Shown here piece after piece: positions 30,161-40,743 of a DNA stretch of 64,000 bases. Numbering within the stretch: the first letter of the stretch is position 1; each line of letters opens with the position of its first letter. Source of the stretch: an uncultured delta proteobacterium (lineage in GTDB: Bacteria > Myxococcota > Myxococcia > Myxococcales > Myxococcaceae); NCBI GenBank assembly GCA_963771175.1, contig CAVYSY010000038.1, positions 32,001 through 96,000 of the forward strand, in the 5' to 3' direction. A program made the position numbers and the translations under genes. Below the pieces are notes generated by a model. That model did no database searches. It was not told the DNA's origin and saw only the letters and a list, made by a program, of their open reading frames with translations.

Positions 30161-31927
30161 TCACGAAGAGAGGCCAGCCCCCTCCTCGGTCCAGGAGTAG
30201 GCGGATGTGCGGCGCGCTCGGCGGAAGTGGCGCCGCAGGTCGGACAGCGGGAGGGTGTTGAGCACATCCTCCGCCTCCAGCCAGCCCCGCCGCGCCACCC
30301 AGACGCCGTAGCGCAGGTTCTCCAGGTGGCGCGCGTTGTGCGAGTCACTCGAGATGACGAGCTTCACCCCCGCCTCCTTCGCCATGCGGCACGCCTGGTC
30401 CGTCAGGTCCAACCGCTCCGGCTGCGCGTTCACCTCCAGCGCCACGCCCTCCTCGCGAGCCACCTCCAGCACCCGCGCCAGGTCGAAGGGGTACGGGTCC
30501 CTGCTCCCGATGAGCCGCCCGCTCGGGTGCCCCAGCACGTGGACGAGCCCGCTGCGCAGCGCGCGCTCGATGCGCTCGGTCATCTCCTCCGAGGACATGT
30601 TGAAGCGCGAGTGGACGCTGGCCACCACGCAGTCCAGTTCCGCCAGCACGTCGGGGGCGAGGTCCAGCGAGCCGTCGGGGAGGATGTCCACCTCGATGCC
30701 GGTCAGCAGGCGGGGCCGTCCCCGCAGCTCGCGGTCCATCCAGCGGATGAAGTCGATGTGCTCCAGGAGGCGCGCCTCGTTCAGCCCCAGGGGCCGAGAG
30801 CGCGAGTGGTCCGTGATGGCCAGGTAGCCGCGCCCGAAGCCCCTCGCGGCCGAGGCCAACTCCAGCAGGGAGCTGGTCGCGTCCGACGATGCGTCCGAGT
30901 GGACGTGCAGGTCTCCCCGAGGGTCATCCTCCTCGATGAGGTCGGGGAGCTGGCCGGCCTCCGCGGCCTCGAGTTCGCCCAGGCCCTCGCGCAGCTCGGG
31001 GGGAATCCACGGCAGGCCCACGGCGCGGAAGACGTCCTCCTCGCGCTCGCCGGCGATGCGGCGCCCCTTCGCATCGAAGACGCCGTACTCGCTCACCTTG
31101 AGCCCCCTCCGCACCGCGCGCGTGCGCAGGGCGATGTTGTGGGCCTTGCTGCCGGTGAAGTAGTGGAGCGCGGCGCCGAAGGACTCGGGGAGGAGGACGC
31201 GCAGGTCCACCTGCAACCCCACGCGCAGGCGCACCGTGACTTTCGTCGGCCCCCGCGCGAGCACCGTGTCCACCTCGGGCAGCTTGGGGAAGGCGCGCAC
31301 CACGCGCTCGGGGTCGGTCGAGGACACCAGCAGGTCCACGTCCCCCACCGTCTCCTTGTGCCGCCGCAGGCTGCCAGCGGCGATGGCCTGCTTCACGCCC
31401 GGAATCCCGCGCAGCCCCTCCACGAGGGTCTCGGCGTACGGGATGGCGCGGTGGAGCGGGACGCGGCCCTGGCGGGACCGGTAGCGGCGGATGGCCGAGG
31501 CGATGGCCTCCGAGCGTTTGGAACCCATGCGCGGGAGCTCGGACAGGCGGCCACTGAGCGCGGCCTCCTCCAGTGCATCGATGGAGGTGATGCCCAGGTT
31601 CGTCCACACCTGCGCGGCCGTCTTGGGGCCCACGCTCTCGACGCGGAGCAGCTCCATGACGCCGGGAGGAACCTTGCCGCGCAGCTGCTCCAGCGCGTCA
31701 CAGGTGCCCGTCTCCACGAGCTGGGCAATGCGCTCCGCCGTGTGCGCCCCGATGCCGGGCAGGCCAGCGAGCTCGCCCTTCCGAGCCAGCTCGGCGACGG
31801 GGACGGGGAGCGTGTCCACCACCTGCGCCGCGCGCCGGTACGCGCGAACCTTGAAGGGATTCTCGTTCGTGAGCTCCAGGAGGTCGGCGATCTCCCCGAG
31901 CATGGCCACGACTTCGGCGTTCTCCAT
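30161..31927 (-). CDS. polX: DNA polymerase X / PHP 3'-5' exonuclease
   Basis: GSLRR..TVGDVDLL, QVDLR, YFTGSKAHN, IPPELRE; PHP motifs HVHS, ITDH, SDSH. Confidence 0.96.
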   Translation of the reverse strand: MENAEVVAMLGEIADLLELTNENPFKVRAYRRAAQVVDTLPVPVAELARKGELAGLPGIGAHTAERIAQLVETGTCDALEQLRGKVPPGVMELLRVESVGPKTAAQVWTNLGITSIDALEEAALSGRLSELPRMGSKRSEAIASAIRRYRSRQGRVPLHRAIPYAETLVEGLRGIPGVKQAIAAGSLRRHKETVGDVDLLVSSTDPERVVRAFPKLPEVDTVLARGPTKVTVRLRVGLQVDLRVLLPESFGAALHYFTGSKAHNIALRTRAVRRGLKVSEYGVFDAKGRRIAGEREEDVFRAVGLPWIPPELREGLGELEAAEAGQLPDLIEEDDPRGDLHVHSDASSDATSSLLELASAARGFGRGYLAITDHSRSRPLGLNEARLLEHIDFIRWMDRELRGRPRLLTGIEVDILPDGSLDLAPDVLAELDCVVASVHSRFNMSSEEMTERIERALRSGLVHVLGHPSGRLIGSRDPYPFDLARVLEVAREEGVALEVNAQPERLDLTDQACRMAKEAGVKLVISSDSHNARHLENLRYGVWVARRGWLEAEDVLNTLPLSDLRRHFRRARRTSAYSWTEEGAGLSS

Positions 31928-32042
31928 GGCGCTCCTCCCCGGTGGGCCCTCCGATTCAATGTCGGTCGGCCTACCGAGGAAGGGGTACAGGGCAGTCCCG
32001 CGGGAAAATCGGGTGGCTGCCCGGCTGGCCAGGGAGTGCGGC

Positions 32043-33654
32043 TCAGCCCGCGCGGTAGCGCGCGTCGAAGCGGCTGGTGCCCGGCTCGCGCTTCACGCCG
32101 TGGTCCGGGTTGGCGGACAGGTGCTCCAGCACCTTGAACACCGTCTCCACCTCGTCCGGAGCGCCCACGGCCGAGGCCAGCTCCTCCGCGGTGTGGCCCT
32201 TCGCCTTGTCCCCGCGCAGCTTCGCCAGCAGCTTGCGCTGCAGCTCCAGCACCACGCCCGCCGCCTTCTTCCCCGCCTCCACGCCCGGCTGGTGGTACGC
32301 GTTGATGTTCACCAGCGAGGCGTAGAAGCCCACCGCCCGCTCGTACAGGGCGATCAGCGCGCCCAGCGTGCGCGCGCTCACGTCCGGCACCGTGAGGGTC
32401 ATCGACTCGCGGTCCTTCTCGAACAGCGCCCGCCGCGTGCCCAGGAAGAAGCCCAGCAGGTAGTCCCCGCTGGTGATGTCCGGCTCCACCTGCATCGAGC
32501 GTCGCCCGGCGCGGTCCTTCAGCACCTCCATGAACGTCGCGAAGAAGTTGTTCACGCCCTCGCGGAGCTGCTGCACGTACGCGTGCTGGTCCGTGGAGCC
32601 CTTGTTGCCGTAGACGGCGATGCCCTGGTTCACCACCTTGCCGTCCAGGTCCTTCTCCTTGCCCAGCGACTCCATCACGAGCTGCTGGAGGTACCGGGAC
32701 AGCAGCATCAGCCGGTCCTTGTACGGGAGGATGACCATGTCCTTCTGCGCCACGCCCACTCGCCCGCGTGGAACCACATCAGCGCCATCAGCGCGGCCGG
32801 GTTCGCGCAGCACGTTCGCGCTCGCGCGTCGCCTCGTCCATGTCGCGCGCGCCCGCCGAGCATCCCGTCGATGTCCAGCCCCTGCAGCGCGCGCCGGCAG
32901 CAGGCCCACCGCCGACAGCACCGAGGTGCGCCCGCCAACCCAGTCCCACATCGGGAAGCGTGCGCAGCCACTTGCCCTGCTTCGCGTAGCTGTCCAGCTC
33001 GCTGCCCTCGCCCGTCACCGCCACCGCGTGCTGCGCCGAAGTCGAGCCCCGTCGCCTTGTACGCGCGCTCGCGCCTCCAGCATGCCGTTGCGCGTCTCCT
33101 TCGTGCCGCCCGACTTGCTGATGACCACGGTGAGCGTCTCGGAGAGCTCGCTCGCCCGAGCTGCGCCAGCACCCGGTCCATCCCGTCCGGGTCCGTGTTG
33201 TCGAAGAAGAACACCCGCATCCGGTCCGCGCGCCGTGCCGAGCGCGTCCGCCACGAGCTGCGGCCCCAGCGCCGAGCCGCCGATGCCGATCACCAGCAGC
33301 CGGGTGAACCGCGTCCGCCTTCGGGGGCTTCACCCGGCCCGCGTGCACGTCGTTCGCGAAGCCGCGCACAGCGCTCCACCGTGTCCCGCACTGGCCTTGC
33401 GTGAGGCCCGGCTCGGGAGCGCAGCTCGGGGGCGCGCAGCCAGTAGTGGCCCACCATGCGCTTCTCGTCCGGGTTGGCGATGGCGCCCTTCTCCAGCGCC
33501 TCCATCGCGTCGAAGGCCTTGCTCCATGCGGGCCGCGCATCCGCTCGAGGAAGTCGTCGGCGAAGTTCATCCGCGACACGTCGAGTGTCAGCCCGACCGA
33601 CTCCACCTCGCACAGGTACTTCTTGTAGCGCTCCCAAAGCTGACGCTCGCTCAT
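32043..33654 (-). CDS. pgi: Glucose-6-phosphate isomerase, multiple apparent frameshifts
   Basis: [56 protein letters not shown]. Confidence 0.93.
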
Positions 33655-33868
33655 CGCCTCTCCTCGGCTGCGGTTGCTGGTCAGGCCCGTTCCTACCGCC
33701 ATGCCCGCACCGGGGAAACGAGTTTGATGCAGAGCGCGCCGGAGTCCCGACACTGAACACGCACGGGCGCCCGCGGCGTTGAGCACCGCGCACCCTGCCC
33801 TCCAGTCCCTGGCCGCGCTCCCCGCCCGTGCCTTCCCTCTGGGGAGCCCCTCACCCAGGAGCACGCCC

Positions 33869-35110
33869 ATGCGCACCCGGTCGGACATTCCCGGAGCCCT
33901 CGCCGTCCTCCTCCTCTGTGCCGGGCTCGCCGCCGGCTGTCAGACGTATGACTTCGAGCCGGTCACGCCGCTCGCCGTCACCGTGCCGACAGCCGAGGTC
34001 ACCCTCGCCGTCCGCACCAACACGCCCAACCTGATGCTGCTCGTGGACACGTCCGGCTCGATGCTCGACCCGATGAACTCGTCCCTCGCCACCTGCAGCA
34101 CCGCCTCGGGCTTCCTCTGCCGGGGCCAGGAGTGCCCCGCGAGCTGCCCCACCCGCTGGCGGGCCCTCCAGGGCGCGATGGGCTCCTTCCTCGACAGCTA
34201 CGGGAGTGTCGCGCGCATGGGCCTCGCCACCTACCCCGGCCAGCAGCTCGTCCTCGGCCAGCAGTGTGGCGGCACGCAGTCGCTCCACCTGGACCTGCCC
34301 GCCACGGAGGAGGCCGCCGACCTGCGAGACCACGCCCGCAAGGTAAAGGAGGAGCTGTTGAAGATTCCCGAGGACGAAGTGGGTGGACCCTCGGGAGGGA
34401 CCCCGACCGGCGCGAGCCTCCAGTTCATGGGCTCGCTGCCCCAGCTCCAGACGAGCGAGCGCACCGACTTCGTCCTGCTGCTGACGGACGGCCTGCCCAA
34501 CTGCAACGAGACCAATTCCTACTCCGGGTCCTCCACGGCGTGCCGCTGCACGGTGGGTAACGGCTCCAGTGCCTGCAGCGGTCTCTACGAGCGCCTGGGC
34601 TGCCTGGACCAGGACGGCTCGGTGTCCGCGGTGCGGGCCCTGAGAGAGAGAAACATCCAGACCATCGTCATTGGCTTCGGCGCGGATACGGCCACGGGCG
34701 ATGGGCCCGCGGTACTCAATGCCATGGCCGAGGCCGGAGGCTTCGCGCGCAGGTGCGAGCGAGACGCGGACTGCGGCACGGGCGACACCTGTGACACGGG
34801 CTCCGGGCTGTGCCGCCGCCGCTACTATCAGGCCTCCAACCAGGACGAGCTCGCGGCCGCCCTCCAGAACATCACCGAGCTCTTCGAGGGCACTCCCTGC
34901 CTCATCGAGCTCGCCCCCGACAAGATGCCCCCCTCGCAGAAGCTGCTCGTGGTCTACGTGAACGACGAGCACGTCGATGCCGGTGACGACACCTGGCGGC
35001 TCAAGGAGGGCGTGGGCGTGGAACTCCTGGGCGCCCTGTGCCGGCGGGCCGAGCGCTCCACTCCCACCCAACCGTTGCGAATCCAGGTGCGCGCCGTCAT
35101 CCCCCAGTGA
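33869..35110 (+). CDS. cglB: CglB-family adventurous-gliding lipoprotein (Cys-rich VWA domain)
   Basis: Lipobox AAGC followed by QTYDFEPV.PLA; MIDAS DTSGS, GGTPT, LTDGLPNC. Could be a paralog rather than the ortholog. Confidence 0.8.
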   Translation: MRTRSDIPGALAVLLLCAGLAAGCQTYDFEPVTPLAVTVPTAEVTLAVRTNTPNLMLLVDTSGSMLDPMNSSLATCSTASGFLCRGQECPASCPTRWRALQGAMGSFLDSYGSVARMGLATYPGQQLVLGQQCGGTQSLHLDLPATEEAADLRDHARKVKEELLKIPEDEVGGPSGGTPTGASLQFMGSLPQLQTSERTDFVLLLTDGLPNCNETNSYSGSSTACRCTVGNGSSACSGLYERLGCLDQDGSVSAVRALRERNIQTIVIGFGADTATGDGPAVLNAMAEAGGFARRCERDADCGTGDTCDTGSGLCRRRYYQASNQDELAAALQNITELFEGTPCLIELAPDKMPPSQKLLVVYVNDEHVDAGDDTWRLKEGVGVELLGALCRRAERSTPTQPLRIQVRAVIPQ

Positions 35111-35150
35111 GGCCCCCGGGCCCGAGCCCCTGGCGCTATCATCGGCCGCC

Positions 35151-35957
35151 ATGAGCCTGCCCTGGATGCTCGAGACCCCCGCGCCTCCCGCCGATGCGCG
35201 GATTCCCTATGGCCCCCTCACCCACCAGTTCGGGGACCTGCGCCTGCCCCAAGGCAAGGGTCCGCACCCGGTCGTGGTGGTGATTCATGGTGGCTTCTGG
35301 CGCGCGAAGTATGACCTCGACCACGCGGGCCACCTGTGCGCGGACCTCACCCAGCGAGGCTACGCCACCTGGAGCCTCGAGTACCGGCGCGTGGGCCACC
35401 CGGGTGGAGGCTGGCCGGGCACGTTCGAGGATGTCGCGCGCGGAATGGACTTCCTGCGCACCCTCGCGGCCAACTCCCCGCTGGACCTGGAGCGGGTCGT
35501 CACCCTGGGGCACTCGGCCGGCGGACACCTGGCCCTCTGGCTCGCGGCGCGCGGGCGGCTCCAGCCGGGACAGCCGCTGCACACGCCTCAGCCCCTCATA
35601 CCGCGCGGGGCGGTGTCGCTCGCGGGCGTGGTGGACCTCGAGCGCGCCCACGCCCTGCGTCTCGGTGATGGAATCGTCGAATCGTTCCTCGGCGGCACGC
35701 CCGCGCAGGTCCCCGAGCACTACCGGCTCGGCTCTCCCGCCGCGCTCCTCCCGCTCGGGGTGAAGCAGGTGCTGGTCCACGGAGCCGAGGACACCACCGT
35801 CCCGCTCTCCCTCAGCGTCGAGTACCACGCCCGCGCAACGAAGCTCGGCGACTCCGTCCGGCTCGTGAGCCTGCCGGGCGCGGAGCACTTCGAGGTCATC
35901 GACCCGCGCGCGAAGGAGTGGCCACTGATTTTGGAGGCGATCAGCTCCCTGCTGTGA
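35151..35957 (+). CDS. Alpha/beta hydrolase (HGG oxyanion, hormone-sensitive-lipase/arylformamidase-like)
   Basis: IHGGFW, EYRR, GHSAGGHL, HGAED, EHF. Confidence 0.88.
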   Translation: MSLPWMLETPAPPADARIPYGPLTHQFGDLRLPQGKGPHPVVVVIHGGFWRAKYDLDHAGHLCADLTQRGYATWSLEYRRVGHPGGGWPGTFEDVARGMDFLRTLAANSPLDLERVVTLGHSAGGHLALWLAARGRLQPGQPLHTPQPLIPRGAVSLAGVVDLERAHALRLGDGIVESFLGGTPAQVPEHYRLGSPAALLPLGVKQVLVHGAEDTTVPLSLSVEYHARATKLGDSVRLVSLPGAEHFEVIDPRAKEWPLILEAISSLL

Positions 35958-35984
35958 GGGAGCCGATGGGCCCGCCGGGTCGGC

Positions 35985-38900
35985 TTACAAAAGCCCGGCG
36001 TCCTTGAACCCGGCGAGGATACCGGTCCAGGAGGGCCTCATCGAAGGGAGGCACTTCGACACCCGAGCCCCGCAACCCCTCGCGCGTCTGGTCGTCCCGG
36101 TAGACGGGCATCCGGTGGCTCAACTCCACGACGGTGGCGCGGCCCTGGTAGACCTTCTCCGTGATGTAGGCGGTGAGCGGGTAGAGCGGGTTGGCGGGCG
36201 GCAGCGAGTGGAGCGCCTGCAGCCAGCTCCGGGTCGACACCTTCTCCATCGGGTAGCCCCGCTCCACGAGCTGCTCGAACATCTCCAGGTGCGACAGCTC
36301 GCGCACCCGGTCGGGCACCAGGTTGTAGGTGCCGCCCGCGGCCCGCTGGGAGAGGACCGCGATGGCGCGGGCCAGGTAGTCCACCGGCGCCGGCAGCCAG
36401 AACTTCCTCGGCAGGTCCGGGTAGAGCCCCATGCGGATGCAGCCCACGAGCATCCGGCACAGCAGGTCGTCCACATTGGCCATGCCCGTCACACTGTGGC
36501 CCTCGATGAAGCCAGGGCGGTAGATGGAGACGGGCAGTCCCCGAGCACGCGCCTCGTGCACGAGCCGCTCGGCCACCCACTTGGACTTCGTGTACCCGTT
36601 CTCCACGGCCATCAGCGGCAGGCTGCGCAGCAGGTCGAAGCCCTCCTCCACCTCCTCCAGCCCCAGCAGCGTGGAGACCGCGCCGTACACGCACACCGAG
36701 GAGACGTGGTGCAGTGCCTTGGGGCGCGTGGTGCAGGCCAGGCGCAGGACGTGGCGCGTGCCCTCGACGTTGGACCCCCGCATCGCCGCGTAGGGCCGCA
36801 CGTAATGGGTGTCCGCCGCCGAGTGGTAGATGACGTCCACCTCGGCGCAGAGCCGCGCGTAGTCCACCTCGGAGAGCCCCAGCCGGGGCCGCTGCACGTC
36901 ACCGGCCAGCGCCGCCACCCGCGCCAGCAACTCCGGACGCCGCCCGTACTTCTCGAAGGTGGCCCGCCAGCCGCCGCATGGCCTGTGCGTCCGACTCCGC
37001 CCGCACCACGCAGTACACGGTGCGGAACGGGCCATGGGCCAGGAGCTCCTCCAGCAGGAAAATGCCCAGGAAACCCGTGGCGCCGGTGATGAGCGCGACC
37101 TCCGAGCCCGGCGTGCCGCTCAATGGGCGGAGGTCCTCCTCCAGGCGAGACTCCGCGAGCAGGTCCACGTCCTCCGTCCCCTTCACGGGCTCCGGCGACG
37201 CGAGGCGGTGCTCCACCCACGCCATCATCCCCGCGGGCGAGGGGTGCGAGTACACCACCCGCGGAGGCACCTCCACGCCGAGCTCCTGACGGAGTGCGCC
37301 CACCACGTGCGCCACGCACAGCGAGTCGCCGCCCAGGAGGAAGAAGTCCGAGTCCGCCCCGACCGAGCCCGGAGCGAGCTTCAGCACCCGCTCGAAGATG
37401 GCGGCGCACCGGCTCACGCCCTCCGACTCCAGCCCGCCCGCGAGCGCCTGCACCGGCGGGGGTGGCAGCGCCGCGCGGTCCACCTTGCTCCGGTTGGCCA
37501 TCAGCGGCAGGGCGTCGAGGAAGACGTAGAGCGGCGGGACCATGTACTCGGGCAGCCGGTCCGCGACGAAGCGCCGCAGGGACTCGGGCGAGGGCGTCTC
37601 CGAGCGGGGCACCACGTACGCCACCAGCTTCCGGGCACCGCGCTCCCCGGACTCCAGCGCCTTCACCGCGGCGTGCTGGACGCCCGGGTGCTCGCAGAGC
37701 GTGTGCTCCACCGCCTCCAGCTCCACCCGCAGGCCGCGAATCTTCACCTGCTGGTCCACGCGCCCGGCGAACTCGAGCGACCTGCGTGGCCCCCTGCGCA
37801 CCGCCAGGTCTCCGCTCCGGTAGAGCAGCCCGGTGCCCGCCGGGTGGCGCACGAAGCGCCGCGCGGTCAGCTCGGGCTTGTTCAGATAGCCGAGCGCCAC
37901 GCCCACGCCGCCGATGTAGAGCTCGCCCACCTCCCCGTCCGCCACCGGCCTCAGGGCCTCGTCGAGCAGGTGCACCTCCCATCCGGGCAGCGGCGGGCCG
38001 ATGGGCACGGAGGTGTCCGAATCCCGGAACAAGTGCATGGTGGTGCAGACGGTCGCCTCGGTGGGGCCGTAGGCGTTGAAGAAGCGCCGCGACGGCGAGG
38101 CCCAGCTCCGGGCCAGTGCGAGCGGACAGGCCTCGCCCGCCACCACCACGGTGCGCAGCTCCGGCAGCGCGTCCCGGAAGTCGTGCAGGGTGGCCAGCAC
38201 GGACGGAGGCATGCACACCATGGAGACGCGGTGAGCCACGAGGAACTCCGCCAGGGGCCGACCGGGCATCAACTGCTCGCGCGAGCCCAGCACCAGCGTG
38301 GAGCCCCCACACAGGGCGGAGAAGATTTCCCACGTCGCGGCATCGAAGCTCAGCGAGGCGAACTGCAGCAGTCGCACGCGGCGATCCAGCTCGAACGCGT
38401 TGACGTTGGCGCGCGCCAGGGCGACGAGCCCCCGGTGGGGCACCACCACGCCCTTGGGTTCTCCCGTGGAGCCGGAGGTATAGATGACGTAGGCGGCATC
38501 GTCGGGCCCCGCGGCCGGGAGCACGGCGGCCGGAGGTGTACGCCGCCACGCGAGAGCCTCGTCGTCCAGGTAGAGGAAGCGAGGCCGGCGGTCGAGCGCC
38601 GCCACACAGGGCTCCAGGTCGAAGGCGAACTTCCGCTGCGCCAGCACCGTGCGCACCCCTGCATCGGTGAGCGTATAGGCGAGGCGCCGCGCCGGCAGCT
38701 CCGGGTCCAACGGCACATAGGCCGCGCCCGCCTCGAGCACCGCCAGCAGGGCGATGATGCGGTCGAACGAGGGCTCCAGGCAGAGGGCGACGAGGTCTCC
38801 CCGCCGCACGCCCAGCTCCCCCACCAGGTATGACGAGAGGGCGCGGACCCGGGCGCCCAGCTCGCCATAGCTCAGCGTCCTGTCCCCCCAGGACAGGGCG

Positions 38901-39004
38901 GGCGCCTCCGCGTGCGCCTTGAAGAGGTGTTGCAGCCAGGGAACGACGGTCGGGAACGAAGAATCAGAGGCCAGTGCAATCATGGGCGCGCGCCTCGTAT
39001 TCAT
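35985..39004 (-). CDS. Monomodular NRPS-like A-T-R enzyme (frameshifts near 36960 and 36018)
   Basis: A domain: YTSGSTGEPKG, NAYGPTE, LYRSGD, QVKIRG, SKVD. T domain: FFLLGGDSL. R domain: TGATGFLG, GYTKSK, RPG. Reconstructed C-terminus ...DRYLAGFKDAGLL* with TAA at 35985. Confidence 0.9.
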
Positions 39005-39020
39005 GGTTTACATGAAAAAC

Positions 39021-39048
39021 CACTTAAAAAAGTAAATCAGCACTTAAA
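39021..39048. promoter_or_regulatory. AT-rich element with direct repeat CACTTAAA upstream of the A-T-R gene
   Basis: CACTTAAA at 39021 and 39041 (20-bp period) in an AT-rich patch 17-45 bp upstream of ATG 39004. Confidence 0.45.
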
Positions 39049-39184
39049 GATTACGTCACCTGCCCAGGAGCGGCTCGCGGGAGGAGCGGTGGAATGCATG
39101 GAGTGTGCGGCGCTCAAAACCACCGCGGGACAGCAGTGACAAGCCTGACACTTCAACTTCAGATGTGAGGAAGGGCCATCAGGC

Positions 39185-39224
39185 AGAAAGAGAGGGCGCC
39201 GTCATGGTTCATGACGGCGCCCTC
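39185..39224 (-). terminator. Rho-independent terminator after the lipoprotein gene
   Basis: Perfect 15-bp stem GAGGGCGCCGTCATG / CATGACGGCGCCCTC with a 3-nt loop, followed by TCTTTCT on the minus strand. Confidence 0.75.
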
Positions 39225-39312
39225 GACACATCCGATGAGGCAGAGCCCAGGTCTGGAAGTGAACCCCGGGTCAGAAGCCGCGCACGTCAGGCACGGGACT
39301 CGGCCCGAGAGC

Positions 39313-39897
39313 TCAGCCCTGCGGCACCGACCAGGAGCCCGTCCACTCCGAGGGCATGTCCGGGTGCAGCGAGGTGAGCTTGTAGGTGCAGTGCTTATCG
39401 CCGCTCGGGTCCGGGCTGCGGATGGTGTAGAGCGGCGACAGCCTCGAGCCGCGCTCGGTGCCGGCGTACTGCACCTCGTACTCCTTGCTGGTGGAGTTCG
39501 TGGTGGTGGTCTCGCCGCGCTCGGTCTTGCGCGTCGTGGTGCACTGCGCCTCGAACTTCACCTTCCAGGTGCCCTTGTCGCCCACGCGCGGCACCTTGAG
39601 TTCGGCGCGCATCATGTACTCGCCCGGCGGCAGCTCCTCGGCGCTGGAGCCGAGGAACTCCTCGCAGTCGCGGCCCTGGCCCTTGCAGATACCGATGCTC
39701 TGGTCGCTCCAGGGCTGCACGCCCGCGCGCACGTCCGAGAGCAGCGGGCCCACCAGGCCCTCCTCGAAGGACGTGAGCCCGGACGCGCCCGCCGATGATG
39801 TGGAGCAGTTGCTGGAGCTGGCCGCCTCCGCCGTGTTTCCGCCCTTGCACGCCATGAGCGTGCCCGCGGCCGTGAGTGCCAGGATGAATGTCCGCAT
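39313..39897 (-). CDS. Hypothetical lipoprotein
   Basis: MRTFILALTAAGTLMAC lipobox; GGGGGG RBS. Confidence 0.8.
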   Translation of the reverse strand: MRTFILALTAAGTLMACKGGNTAEAASSSNCSTSSAGASGLTSFEEGLVGPLLSDVRAGVQPWSDQSIGICKGQGRDCEEFLGSSAEELPPGEYMMRAELKVPRVGDKGTWKVKFEAQCTTTRKTERGETTTTNSTSKEYEVQYAGTERGSRLSPLYTIRSPDPSGDKHCTYKLTSLHPDMPSEWTGSWSVPQG

Positions 39898-40005
39898 GGT
39901 GTTCCCCCCTCGTATGAAGTCGAGTGCGGGCGCTATAGCACCCGCCCCCGGCCCCAACAGTGAACGGGTTCACACTCGCGCGGGGCCCCGCTCAGCGGCG
40001 GGGAG

Positions 40006-40743
40006 TCAGAAGCCGCGCATCCAGCCGCCGTCGATGGCGATGGACTGGCCCGTGATGTAGGCCGCCTGCTCCGAGGCGAGGAACGTCACCAGCGCCCCCA
40101 GCTCCTCGGGCTTGCCCAGACGACGCGCCGGAATCTGCGACGTAATCCTGTCCTCGGGGACGCCGAGCGCCTTCAGACGCTCCGTGGCGTGGTAGCCGGG
40201 CTGCACGCCGTTGATGGTGATGCCGTGCTCGGCCACCTCGTTGCTCACGGTCTTCACCAGCCCCATCAGCCCCGCGCGCAGGCCATTGGAGATGGTCAGC
40301 AGTGGCATCGCCTCGCGCGCCGCCGCCGACGTCACCAGGACGATGCGCCCCCAGTGCCGCTCCTTCATCCCCGGCAGCGCCGCCTGGAGGCCCTCCACCA
40401 CGCTCATCCACAGGTTCTGGAAGCCCTCCTGCCACTGCTCGGCCGAGAGCGTCTCGATGCCGCCCTTGGGCGGCCCGCCCGTGTTCACCACGAGCACGTC
40501 CACGCCGCCCAGCTCCGCCACCACCTTCTCCACCAGCACCTTCGTGGCACCGGGCTTCGTCAGGTCGGCCGCCACGGCGAGCGTGGCGCCCATCCGCTTC
40601 TCGGCCTCGCGGATGCGCTCCTCACTGCGCGAGCAGATGGCCACCCGTGCCCCCTCCTTCACGAGCTGCTCGGCGATGGCGTACCCCAGTCCACTGGAGG
40701 CACCCATCACCAGAGCCCGCCTACCCTTCAAGCCGAAATCCAT
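40006..40743 (-). CDS. Short-chain dehydrogenase/reductase
   Basis: GASSGLG, NTGGP, SNGLR (atypical active site lacking YxxxK), YITGQ..IDGG; overlaps the 3' end of kmo. Confidence 0.92.
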   Translation of the reverse strand: MDFGLKGRRALVMGASSGLGYAIAEQLVKEGARVAICSRSEERIREAEKRMGATLAVAADLTKPGATKVLVEKVVAELGGVDVLVVNTGGPPKGGIETLSAEQWQEGFQNLWMSVVEGLQAALPGMKERHWGRIVLVTSAAAREAMPLLTISNGLRAGLMGLVKTVSNEVAEHGITINGVQPGYHATERLKALGVPEDRITSQIPARRLGKPEELGALVTFLASEQAAYITGQSIAIDGGWMRGF

